IMG/VR virus record: IMGVR_UViG_3300020044_009484
Span: 1-33,806 of that record
DNA: 33,806 nt
Direction: 5' to 3' (one strand)
Origin: a virus
Taxonomy: Duplodnaviria > Caudoviricetes
Shown: positions 18,477-26,584 of the stretch, piece by piece
How positions within the stretch are numbered: the first letter of the stretch is position 1
Layout of the letters: each line of letters begins with the position of its first letter
Notes under the pieces: model-generated
The model's input: the letters and a program-made list of their open reading frames with translations, nothing else
Database searches by the model: none
Told to the model about the DNA's origin: nothing
Made by a program: the position numbers and the translations under genes

Positions 18477-18562
18477 GTTTCCTCAAAGAAAAACCCGAAA
18501 ATCGAAAGCCTGTTGGCTGACGACCCTCGGGTCTCGGTTCTTTGAAGTGTATGTCATCGCAT
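18477..18562 (-). promoter_or_regulatory. Candidate late promoter (ATGCGAT-N4-TACACT) plus long RBS-occluding hairpin
   Basis: UCAAAGAA..AGACCCGAG GGUCG..AGCC-AACA-GGCU..CGAUU UUCGGGUUU UUCUUUGA stem that ends in the GAGG RBS of the scaffold gene. Confidence 0.55.
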
Positions 18563-18585
18563 ACACATGGCAACTGAAGTGGCGT

Positions 18586-19755
18586 TTAGTGGACTGGGTT
18601 GTTGATGTACTCGATTGTCACTTTTGTTGGGCGCTTGTAGAAGCCGAACGATTCATCTTCGCTGGACCGCTCAACGCTTGCGATGAAACTGACCTTGTCA
18701 CCTGTGTGGCAGTCACTGATTTTCGAAGGGCAGGTGCCCCAGACCTTGAAGCCTCGGTCATCCTTGACTGTCATCACCGAGCGGTAACCCCAATCGGTTT
18801 CCTTGAGGCTGACCGAGACGACTGTGCCTGTGATTTGGACCTTGTCGCCAGTGATTACTGGAGTCTTGACTTCAATCTCTCGGGCTGCCTGCTCTGCAAT
18901 CCAACCGAGGTGGCGGCGGTAGGCGGTGAGGAAAGAAGCGATGAGACCGTGGTACTTGCGCTCCGAGAGGTCGTACTTGAAAACCGTCTGAAGGTTTCTG
19001 AGGTACTCGCTGTCAGCCTCAAGGTCGAGAATCCACTGGATGGCTGCTTGTGCCTCGTCACGCTGCTCGGCGGTCATTGCTGGGACATCGTCGAAGCCTC
19101 GGTTCGACATCAGGAAGGCTGCCATCTGGTTCTTGGTGGCTGCACCTTCTTGGTCTGCCTTGCGGAAGCCCATGTGGTTGATGAGGGTGGCTGCTGCCAT
19201 CGCATAGTCGATGACGCTGTAGCGGCTGCCGCCACCACCGCCACGGCTACGACCGAACATCTCGTCATCGTCCAGAATCTCGTCGAGTGTCTCGTACCAG
19301 TGGAACTTGACCTTGTGACCGAGGAAGTCAGTCATGCAGGTCGAACCGACTTGAACTTCGGTGCCATCTTCGCTCTTGAAGAAGTAGGTGCGGAGGCGGA
19401 GGCGGTCAACATGGCACTGGTCGCATCGGCTGGTCACCGTGTTGAGATGAGTGAGGTCCATGTCTCGGAACTCGGGAGCAACTCGGACCATGTTCACGCC
19501 CTCGGCGATGTGGTCGATTGCCGCTACGAACTGATAGCCACCAGCAACGACTGGGTAGGCGTTGAGGATTTCGACATTGAACCAGACCTCGGTGACGAAG
19601 TCGTCGTCCTTTTGGGTGGTGGTTTCGAATCGGTCAAGGATGACAAGTTCAGGTGCTGGAGCGTCAATCTTTGCAGCGATTTTTGCGAGTTTGGCAACTG
19701 CCTCTTTGAGGTCATCGACCTTGTAGGCGAGGATTGTGGCTGTCATTGTGGTCAT
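18586..19755 (-). CDS. Hypothetical non-structural protein with Cys cluster and C-terminal OB-like domain
   Basis: 389 aa: CDQCH..R.RTY..QVGSTC; C-terminal GDKVQITGTV..VKDDRG..GDKVSF.A.V. Strong AAGGAGG RBS. Confidence 0.75.
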   Translation of the reverse strand: MTTMTATILAYKVDDLKEAVAKLAKIAAKIDAPAPELVILDRFETTTQKDDDFVTEVWFNVEILNAYPVVAGGYQFVAAIDHIAEGVNMVRVAPEFRDMDLTHLNTVTSRCDQCHVDRLRLRTYFFKSEDGTEVQVGSTCMTDFLGHKVKFHWYETLDEILDDDEMFGRSRGGGGGSRYSVIDYAMAAATLINHMGFRKADQEGAATKNQMAAFLMSNRGFDDVPAMTAEQRDEAQAAIQWILDLEADSEYLRNLQTVFKYDLSERKYHGLIASFLTAYRRHLGWIAEQAAREIEVKTPVITGDKVQITGTVVSVSLKETDWGYRSVMTVKDDRGFKVWGTCPSKISDCHTGDKVSFIASVERSSEDESFGFYKRPTKVTIEYINNPVH

Positions 19756-19776
19756 TGGGTTCCTCCTTGTACCTTC

Positions 19777-19805
19777 ATGTTACACGCTGCAGAATGTTCG
19801 GTCAA
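19777..19805 (-). promoter_or_regulatory. sigma70/SigA-like promoter
   Basis: TTGACC-N17-TAACAT just upstream of the RBS of 18586..19755. Confidence 0.65.
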
Positions 19806-19945
19806 GCCCTAAGCGGCGTAATCAACGGAACCATTCGCACAGGGTGATTTACCTTCCTGTCCTTGCGAGCGCAGATTGGCGGCTCCGACGGTTTGACCTC
19901 TGTCGAAAATTGCTGCCCGCACTTCGGGCACTTGTACTTGTGCAT
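19802..19945 (-). CDS. Small Zn-ribbon protein, 47 aa (not in ORF track)
   Basis: MHKYKCPKCGQQFSTEVKPSEPPICARKDRKVNHPVRMVPLITPLRA*; TAATG overlap with the upstream stop. Confidence 0.55.
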   Translation of the reverse strand: MHKYKCPKCGQQFSTEVKPSEPPICARKDRKVNHPVRMVPLITPLRA

Positions 19946-20196
19946 TATTGCTTCACCCATTCCATCTCGATGCAGTATTTCATGTCCTGCATAATCATGC
20001 CCCAGACCTCGCTCTTCGGAATGTCACAGAGGTCGTGACCGCTGAAGCCAGTGGTGCCATCTTCCAAGAGATAGCCCTCTGGAATTTCAATCCAGTAGTT
20101 GACACCGAACCAGTCGCTGGTTCTTCCCTCTACCTCAAGTTTGAGATTGTGGGCAGCGGCGAAGGCTTCGCACTTCGCTTTTGTTGATGTTGCCAT
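19945..20196 (-). CDS. Hypothetical protein (83 aa)
   Basis: The likely start is ATG 20196 (MATSTK) after AAGGAGG, with extended -10 TGGTAAACT upstream (~20223-20231). Confidence 0.65.
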   Translation of the reverse strand: MATSTKAKCEAFAAAHNLKLEVEGRTSDWFGVNYWIEIPEGYLLEDGTTGFSGHDLCDIPKSEVWGMIMQDMKYCIEMEWVKQ

Positions 20197-20335
20197 TGGG
20201 TCCTCCTTTCCCTTACATCTCCAGTTTACCAGATGGAAAATTGGACAAAGGCTAGGGGACCGTTGATTCATAAGGGTTTTGACTTCCCGACCTCGGGAAA
20301 CCCTTTGTTTGCAGGTGTGACCAAGTTCACACTAA

Positions 20336-20563
20336 CTAATTTTGGAACTCCTGAGCGCCGCCGTTGAAAACGATGGTTGGAGCCTTGGGGACACGACCTT
20401 TCGACGCCACAAGCCGCACATCGACCCTGTCATACGGGCAAGCCTTCAGCATGGCAATGAACGCTGGGTCCAGAAGTTGCGCTATCCACGACAAGACCAT
20501 TTCTGGTGGTTCACTGGCTGTCGTTATTTCGTGGTGCATCGCATCACATCTTACGAAAGGCAA
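20336..20563 (-). CDS. Hypothetical small protein
   Basis: 75 aa ORF co-directional with its neighbours, filling the gap; start uncertain. Confidence 0.5.
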   Translation of the reverse strand: MPFVRCDAMHHEITTASEPPEMVLSWIAQLLDPAFIAMLKACPYDRVDVRLVASKGRVPKAPTIVFNGGAQEFQN

Positions 20564-20579
20564 GATGCCTCAATCAAAC

Positions 20580-21269
20580 TCACGATTTAAGTTTGTCCAA
20601 CTTTCGAACGGCTTGTTCCAACATTGACGCCATGTTCTTAAACACTTGAGCGTCCGTGAACAACCTTGCCGACCGAGTCATAATCCATTTGCCATTGGCA
20701 TCTTTCTTGGGACCGCCCTCTGCAAGTTGCAAATCTGCGCCTTTTTTCTTCGTTCTGGTCGATAGTGACTTCAATCGTCGTGACTCTTTGACCAAATCAC
20801 CTCGGACCTTTTCAATTGGAATACCAAATTCCAAAGATTGTTGAGCCTCAGCAAATGTTTTGCGGGTTCCTTCAACAGCGGCTAAAGCGTCGCCCTTTTC
20901 AGCACCAAATCCTGCTTTGTCATAAGCCCGATTGATTGATGTCTCGTTGTCGGCAAAAAGAAAGTCGTCATCAAAAACGCTTGCGAAGCGAGACTTTTCT
21001 GGTTCGACGGCAGCACCGCCTGCAGCAGTGGTGCCACCAGATTCTGTTTGAGTTTTTTTGCCCCAACGAATTGACGCTGCGTAAGCCCCAGCCGCTGAAC
21101 GGTTACCACCGAACGATTGCTTGGCTTTAATCAACTCGGCAAGAGCGACGCTATTTGTCAAGCCGCTGATACTGCCAGCCTTTTGGACCTCTTGAACAAC
21201 AAACGCATAACCGAGGTCGGTCATGAAAGGACGAAGCGCCTCAAGAATAAGTTCGTCGGGCGTGGTCAT
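20580..21269 (-). CDS. RWG-tag protein: helical EVxKAG domain + tag + unknown payload
   Basis: LIKAKQSFGGNRSAAGAYAASIRWG at ~aa 46-70. Confidence 0.8.
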   Translation of the reverse strand: MTTPDELILEALRPFMTDLGYAFVVQEVQKAGSISGLTNSVALAELIKAKQSFGGNRSAAGAYAASIRWGKKTQTESGGTTAAGGAAVEPEKSRFASVFDDDFLFADNETSINRAYDKAGFGAEKGDALAAVEGTRKTFAEAQQSLEFGIPIEKVRGDLVKESRRLKSLSTRTKKKGADLQLAEGGPKKDANGKWIMTRSARLFTDAQVFKNMASMLEQAVRKLDKLKS

Positions 21270-21877
21270 TCTGCTTGTTGTGCTCTCTGCGTCAACGAAG
21301 TAGCAATCTTTCCAATCACCTCAGCAAACTGACCGACCGAAGGCGGAATGTTCTTTTTAGGCAAAACCAAGCCGATAGTCCTCGAAGCCAATCTCGCATC
21401 GCTCGCTGCTCGCTGCGCTGCAACAGGGGTGACTTGCGTAGCCCCAGCGTCGTCGGACCTCTTTGCGTTACCAACAAGGCGAACCACTTCCATCACTCGT
21501 TGATGCTCAGGATGGTCAGGTCCTAAATCTGCCAAGGCTTTACTGCCTGCGTCGTCTGCTTCTTTCCAGCCAGATGCCCCAACCGTCGAAGCGGTCCGTG
21601 AACCCAATGGCTTCGCATCGCCTGCTCCACGACCTCCCCATCGAACTCGGGCGGCGTAAGCGCCTGCTGCTGAACGGTTGCCGCCAAACGAAGTGCCGAC
21701 TCCAGCGACGATTGCTGCCGCTGTCTTTTCAAGCAATTCACGGGCAACACCTGTGGTGTTCATAATGCCGCCAGCCTTTTCGACCTCCTCATGGAGGAAA
21801 CCGATTTGCTGCTCAGTGAGAATCTGTGAAAGTGCTGGTGCCATGGCGTCCAACACATTTTTGTCTTTTTCGTTCAT
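21266..21877 (-). CDS. RWG-tag protein: helical EVxKAG domain + tag + unknown payload
   Basis: EEVEKAGG..SFGGNRSAAGAYAARVRWG; ATGA overlaps at both ends. Confidence 0.8.
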   Translation of the reverse strand: MNEKDKNVLDAMAPALSQILTEQQIGFLHEEVEKAGGIMNTTGVARELLEKTAAAIVAGVGTSFGGNRSAAGAYAARVRWGGRGAGDAKPLGSRTASTVGASGWKEADDAGSKALADLGPDHPEHQRVMEVVRLVGNAKRSDDAGATQVTPVAAQRAASDARLASRTIGLVLPKKNIPPSVGQFAEVIGKIATSLTQRAQQAE

Positions 21878-22458
21878 GCTGCCTCTGCGTAGAAAGCGTC
21901 TGTGTAATCAACAACTAACCGCTTGAGCATCTCGTGAAGGCGCTTTACAACGCCTTTGGCACCTTTTGCCTCTGCCAAGGGTCGAACACGGAATTCGGCT
22001 GCCGATGCAAGGTTCCAAGCACCAAACGCATCGCCAGTCACATCAGCCTTAGATGCAGCCTTGACCTCTTTCTGGGCAAGGACCAATTCTCGACCAACGG
22101 GAGAATCTGCACCTACAGCGGCGATTGCTGCCGTGTGAGTCTCGCCAATCTTTTCCAAGTTCATGGCTTCGCCAGCACCAGCGGGATTCGATGTTGCTAC
22201 TGCACCATCAGAAGTCCCTCCTTTGCCCCTCTTACCCCACCTGATGCTCGCTGCATAGGCTCCTGCGGCAGAACGGTTACCACCGAAAGATTGACGCTGT
22301 GCAGCCTTCTGAAGGACCGTCTGGGCGTAGCCCTGAACCTTGAGAACGCTGCCCGCTTTGCGGACCTCATCGATGACGCCAATCCATTCACGCTCGGAAA
22401 CGATTTCCAAGGCGGAATGGTGCAACGCATAAAGAAGTCGAAGGTCGGCGTTGTTCAT
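21874..22458 (-). CDS. RWG-tag protein: helical EVxKAG domain + tag + unknown payload
   Basis: DEVRKAGS..LQKAAQRQSFGGNRSAAGAYAASIRWG. Confidence 0.8.
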   Translation of the reverse strand: MNNADLRLLYALHHSALEIVSEREWIGVIDEVRKAGSVLKVQGYAQTVLQKAAQRQSFGGNRSAAGAYAASIRWGKRGKGGTSDGAVATSNPAGAGEAMNLEKIGETHTAAIAAVGADSPVGRELVLAQKEVKAASKADVTGDAFGAWNLASAAEFRVRPLAEAKGAKGVVKRLHEMLKRLVVDYTDAFYAEAA

Positions 22459-23111
22459 CAGATTTTCTTTGCAGCCTTAGCGATGATTTCGGCGGCGTAA
22501 CCAGTGGTGTGGCGGATTCCCCCAGCCTTAGTTACTTCGTCAAGGACGATTGTCCACTGAGCGTCGGTGAGGTCTGTGTGGCGGCGTAATTGCTTGAGAA
22601 TCATGTCGTCAGCCTGAGCCAAAACAGCCTTTTGGACGCCAACTGAAGAGCGCAACTGCCATGCCCATTTCTGGGTGATGTCGATACGACCAGCAATGAA
22701 ATCTGCGACGCCCTGCTCGTTTTCTGAGGTTGCCACATCAAAAGTGCGCTTCAAAGTGCTGATTAAACCGTCGATTTCACGGAGAAGGTCTGTTGCCATG
22801 GCTTGGGGGTCATTGGCTGGAGCGCCCTCGGCGATGGTTCGCATGGAGACCAATTCGCTCATGTGGAAAGGTGCGTCGGCTTGAATCTTCAGCATGTTTT
22901 CGGCAATGTCGTCGATTGAGCCGTAAATGTCCTCGTAGACCTCTGCAAATAAACCGTGATACTGCGAGAAGTCCTGACCCTTGACATTCCAGTGATACCC
23001 GTGAGCGTCGTGGTAGACGGTGTACGAGTCAGCAAGCAATGTACCGAGGGCGATTGACAGCGGAGATACCACTGCCTTGTGCATCGCATCGGGGGTTAAG
23101 GGTTCAGTCAT
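22458..23111 (-). CDS. dps: Dps/ferritin-like protein with C-terminal EVxKAG domain
   Basis: Dps signature HGYHWNVKG.DF.QYH.LF.E.YE..D.IAE and K.AWQLRS, plus a ~55-aa C-terminal extension. Confidence 0.85.
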   Translation of the reverse strand: MTEPLTPDAMHKAVVSPLSIALGTLLADSYTVYHDAHGYHWNVKGQDFSQYHGLFAEVYEDIYGSIDDIAENMLKIQADAPFHMSELVSMRTIAEGAPANDPQAMATDLLREIDGLISTLKRTFDVATSENEQGVADFIAGRIDITQKWAWQLRSSVGVQKAVLAQADDMILKQLRRHTDLTDAQWTIVLDEVTKAGGIRHTTGYAAEIIAKAAKKI

Positions 23112-23158
23112 GGTTTGATTCTTCTTTAGTTTCGAAAGTCCGACAAGCAGACGGTTCT

Positions 23159-23374
23159 TTAGTTAAACGATGGGATTTCGTAGAAAGAGCCTTCTGGGGC
23201 TGGGTTTTGCTTGACATCCTCAGCAATAACATCCCAAGCCTTTGACTCGTCCTCTGTTTGTAAATAAGCCTTCTCTTTAGGCAGATTGTTCAGAATCATG
23301 GCGTAAATCTGTTCGATTCGACGCCCTTCAACCTCAACCGATGCCCAAAAAGCAATCAATTCATCAGTAGTCAT
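23159..23374 (-). CDS. Small acidic protein, possible antitoxin of the zeta-like domain
   Basis: 71 aa, TAATG-coupled directly behind the zeta-like domain. Confidence 0.55.
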   Translation of the reverse strand: MTTDELIAFWASVEVEGRRIEQIYAMILNNLPKEKAYLQTEDESKAWDVIAEDVKQNPAPEGSFYEIPSFN

Positions 23375-25563
23375 TACTGTCCTTTCGCTAAGAAGTCGGC
23401 ATACGCCTTCTCATCATGTACAACTGTACTCTTGCCTTTGCCGCCCGAGAAAATCAGGCGTGGCGGTGTGCCAGATGTATCAAACAATGTTGCCGAATCG
23501 AATTGTCCAACAACATTAGGGAACACTTGAGAAACGCCTCGGTGTGTACCTACGGTAATTGATTCGTTGACATAACGACCCTGACCACGACCTGTCCATG
23601 TGCTTGGGTCTTTGGGGTTTTCGCCAGCCTTGGCGTATTTCTCACCGACGGGTAAACCACGAGTTCTTGCACGGTCCACAGCCACAGCCGTAGGTACAGT
23701 CGCATAAACGCCCGTGACCTTGTAATTATGAGATGCGCCCTCGGGGTCACGAGCATTGCGAACATTGTCGATTTTGCTTGTCATGCTCTTGGATGAGTTG
23801 TCGCCCGTTCCGTCAAGAATGACATTGAAACCGCTTTGAATAGCCCTGTCGTTTACAGCCTTAGAAAGCAACGACGATTCTTCGTGGACAGTTGACGCTG
23901 CTGCCATTTGACCAACACGACCGTCTACACCTACGCCGCCCTTAGAGTCTTTTCCGCCAACAAGTTGCTTGTATGGGGGAAGTTCTCCCTTGATTTCGTC
24001 TGCGTTGATAGCAACTGAGTGAGAGTCGGTGCCTTTGCCGCCACGAGAGTCTGAGCGGTTTGTACCGTTTCCAGCCCATTCTGGACCTGCGCCTTCGGCG
24101 AGCATCGATGACTTACCAGATGCTGGACCGCCGCCCATGAACACATACTCTGGCTGACCAGTTGGTGGTGTTTTGCGGCTGCCATCTTCGTTTACAAAGT
24201 GGCTGTCAATGATTTCGTCGTGGAGAGCGGCTCTTTGCGGCGAGATGTGCTTCCGCAATGTTTTGTAGTCAGGGTCGTGTTTTGTTGGGTCTAGCCCTTG
24301 AGAAACCATGTCTGCAGCCAAAGCATCGAAGTCACAATGTGTCTGCAGCGAAGCAAACTTTCCTTGCTGAGCCATACCGCCATCGGTGGCTGGCTCGCCG
24401 AATGGTCCCTTGCCAGCGGCTGCAACGCCCACAGCGGCTGCTTGCTGCTCACGCTTCGGGTCAGAAGCAACTCGACCCCAGCGAACCTGCGCTGCATAAG
24501 AACCCGCTGCTGAGCGATTGCCGCCAAATGTTTGCTTGGCTTTTGCTACTTCAGCAAACGCATACTGCGCTTTGTCGAAAGGCAATGATTCGAGACGCTT
24601 GGAACCTGTTGCCCAGAAACGCTCACCGTCAGTGCGGACAATGGCGACCGAGCCGTCATCACCGTACAAACCAGCGACATTGAACACCTTGTCGTTGAAT
24701 GATTTCGACAACGGGACAATCGCATACTTGACGCCATCGATGATGATTGACTTTGTCACCTCTGGTTCAGGCTCAATGATTTCGGCGGGTCCGCCGCTAA
24801 TGAGATTGCGGACAGCGTCCTTCAATTGGTCGGCAAGTGACACAGCCTCTTTGCGGGCTGTTGTGCGCTCGGTCTTTAACTTCTCTGCGTATTCGGCAGC
24901 AACGCTTGCGGTAGAGAAACGGTTCTTGACGACACCGCCAAAGCCGCTATCTGTTGGGATGCCCATTTCGACACGGGCTGCTGAGCCGCCGATAGAAAAG
25001 CCTGTGATTTTGTTTTCCTTGACCATGTCCCAAGCCCAGTCGTTCCACTTGACACCGAGGAAAACGGTGCCTGCTGGATAGGTCACTTCCTTGGAATCGC
25101 CCTGTGCCTTCTTCATGTTGAGGGTTACGGGGACAGGGAAAGACATGGCTTCGACCCATTCGCCAGCCACAATGTCTGTGTTGTGCTGTAGGCGGATGTC
25201 ACGGTCACCAAGGCGGACATAGTCCCAGAGAGCCTTCTGGAGTTCGTCGGCGTCTGACCATTCGCCGTGGGCATCTTCCTTGTTGGGGATGTACCAAGGA
25301 CCGAGGGTGAACTTTTGTTCTTCGTTGGCTTTGTGAATCAGGTCCATCGCATCGGCGGCGGGCTTCTTCTTCTTTTGAGGTGTTTTCCAGTTGACGCCGT
25401 CTACATGGACGCCGCTGGAGGTTGGGTCACCCTTTTCAACGCCTTCTTCTTCAGCGATTAGTTCGTCGATGACTGTCTGGACGGTTGGGTCCATGTCGTC
25501 CCACTGAAGGGTGCCGTCAATCCATGATTGGGCTTGGGCAACGAGGTTGTTAATTGTTGGCAT
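23374..25563 (-). CDS. XkdF-type prohead protease fused via RWG tag to a zeta-toxin-like P-loop kinase
   Basis: Protease ~24970-25330: EEQKFTLGPWY.P..DAHGE..LQH..GTVF.GV.W..W..VK..ITGFSIGG. Kinase: MGGGPASGKSS, INADEIK, HEESS, VILDGT, RA..R..GRYV. Confidence 0.88.
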   Translation of the reverse strand: MPTINNLVAQAQSWIDGTLQWDDMDPTVQTVIDELIAEEEGVEKGDPTSSGVHVDGVNWKTPQKKKKPAADAMDLIHKANEEQKFTLGPWYIPNKEDAHGEWSDADELQKALWDYVRLGDRDIRLQHNTDIVAGEWVEAMSFPVPVTLNMKKAQGDSKEVTYPAGTVFLGVKWNDWAWDMVKENKITGFSIGGSAARVEMGIPTDSGFGGVVKNRFSTASVAAEYAEKLKTERTTARKEAVSLADQLKDAVRNLISGGPAEIIEPEPEVTKSIIIDGVKYAIVPLSKSFNDKVFNVAGLYGDDGSVAIVRTDGERFWATGSKRLESLPFDKAQYAFAEVAKAKQTFGGNRSAAGSYAAQVRWGRVASDPKREQQAAAVGVAAAGKGPFGEPATDGGMAQQGKFASLQTHCDFDALAADMVSQGLDPTKHDPDYKTLRKHISPQRAALHDEIIDSHFVNEDGSRKTPPTGQPEYVFMGGGPASGKSSMLAEGAGPEWAGNGTNRSDSRGGKGTDSHSVAINADEIKGELPPYKQLVGGKDSKGGVGVDGRVGQMAAASTVHEESSLLSKAVNDRAIQSGFNVILDGTGDNSSKSMTSKIDNVRNARDPEGASHNYKVTGVYATVPTAVAVDRARTRGLPVGEKYAKAGENPKDPSTWTGRGQGRYVNESITVGTHRGVSQVFPNVVGQFDSATLFDTSGTPPRLIFSGGKGKSTVVHDEKAYADFLAKGQ

Positions 25564-26557
25564 CGAGGAACTCCTTCTGAGCAGCCAAGGCTAATTCGCA
25601 TGCTTCGGTGAATACCAGCGCCTTGCCCACGGGTGTGGTGTGGTCTGCGAAACCACGGCGTGAAATACCGTTTGCAATGCCCCATTTGTCCATCACATTC
25701 AAAAGTTGTTTTTGTGGGGCGTTGATTCTGATGATGGAGATTTGTGTTGGTCGCATCGTCGACCCGAGGGCTGCTGCAGCCCAGCGGTGATGTCCGTCCA
25801 TGACGAAACCGTCTGACGAAACGACAATTGAGCCAGTCGGGTCCGCTGAGAAGGCTTTTGCTCCCCGAGCGGATTCCCTGCCCAGAATTTCAGCGGATGA
25901 TTTGCCGTTGATGTCTTTCTGGGTTGGCTTGAGAGATGCTGGGTCGACCGATTCGTGAGAAACCGTTAGCCCTTGCTTTTTGACATCTGCAATGAATTCG
26001 GCTTTTCGAGCGGTTGGGACCTGCGGCATGTCCTCACGATTTTTTGTCCCTGCTATCGCATTGAAGAACAATGTGCCTGTGATTTGGACATCTGAAAGGT
26101 CCTCTGAGCCGTCGCCAGAAGCCAGACCTTGGACATACGACGGGACTTGGTCCTTGCCGACTGTGGTCAAAGGGGGCTTAGTGCCGCCCTTGCTACCCCA
26201 GCGAACCTGTGCCGCATAGGACGCTGCAGCAGAACGAGACCCAAATTGACGCTTTTGGATGTCATGTTCGATGAGGTCGCTCTTGATGACCCAGAGTTTG
26301 CAGAGAGCCATCGGCTCAATCTGCCCCTCAACGATTTCGCATGCCTGACCGCCTTCGTAGAACGAGCAGTTGGCACACATCAAACCCTCTTCGGCAAAAG
26401 GGTTTTCGTTTTCCGACATGTAATGGGCACCGTCTGGACCGCTTGACTGGTCAAACATGCCAAACGCATCGACGATGATTTCAAGCGACTGATACAGAGC
26501 CTGTTGGCGGGGTGTCAGGTCGTCGATTTCGTCCACTGCTGTATCGTACCGACCCAA
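25550..26557 (-). CDS. HiPIP-like Cys4 domain + RWG tag + ParB/Srx-like domain
   Basis: CANCSFY..ACEIVEG.I.P.ALCKLW; then R.DMPQV, LKPTQ, IVVSSDGFVMDGHHRWAA. Start uncertain (GTG ~26536 possible). Confidence 0.78.
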   Translation of the reverse strand: MGRYDTAVDEIDDLTPRQQALYQSLEIIVDAFGMFDQSSGPDGAHYMSENENPFAEEGLMCANCSFYEGGQACEIVEGQIEPMALCKLWVIKSDLIEHDIQKRQFGSRSAAASYAAQVRWGSKGGTKPPLTTVGKDQVPSYVQGLASGDGSEDLSDVQITGTLFFNAIAGTKNREDMPQVPTARKAEFIADVKKQGLTVSHESVDPASLKPTQKDINGKSSAEILGRESARGAKAFSADPTGSIVVSSDGFVMDGHHRWAAAALGSTMRPTQISIIRINAPQKQLLNVMDKWGIANGISRRGFADHTTPVGKALVFTEACELALAAQKEFLDANN

Positions 26558-26584
26558 CTATGGTCAAGCCGTACTACAGGTCGG

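Noticed and set aside
17962-19812. 616-aa plus-strand ORF
   Set aside because: Antisense shadow of the scaffold and 389-aa genes, with no recognisable motifs. The minus-strand genes have RBS, promoter and synteny support.
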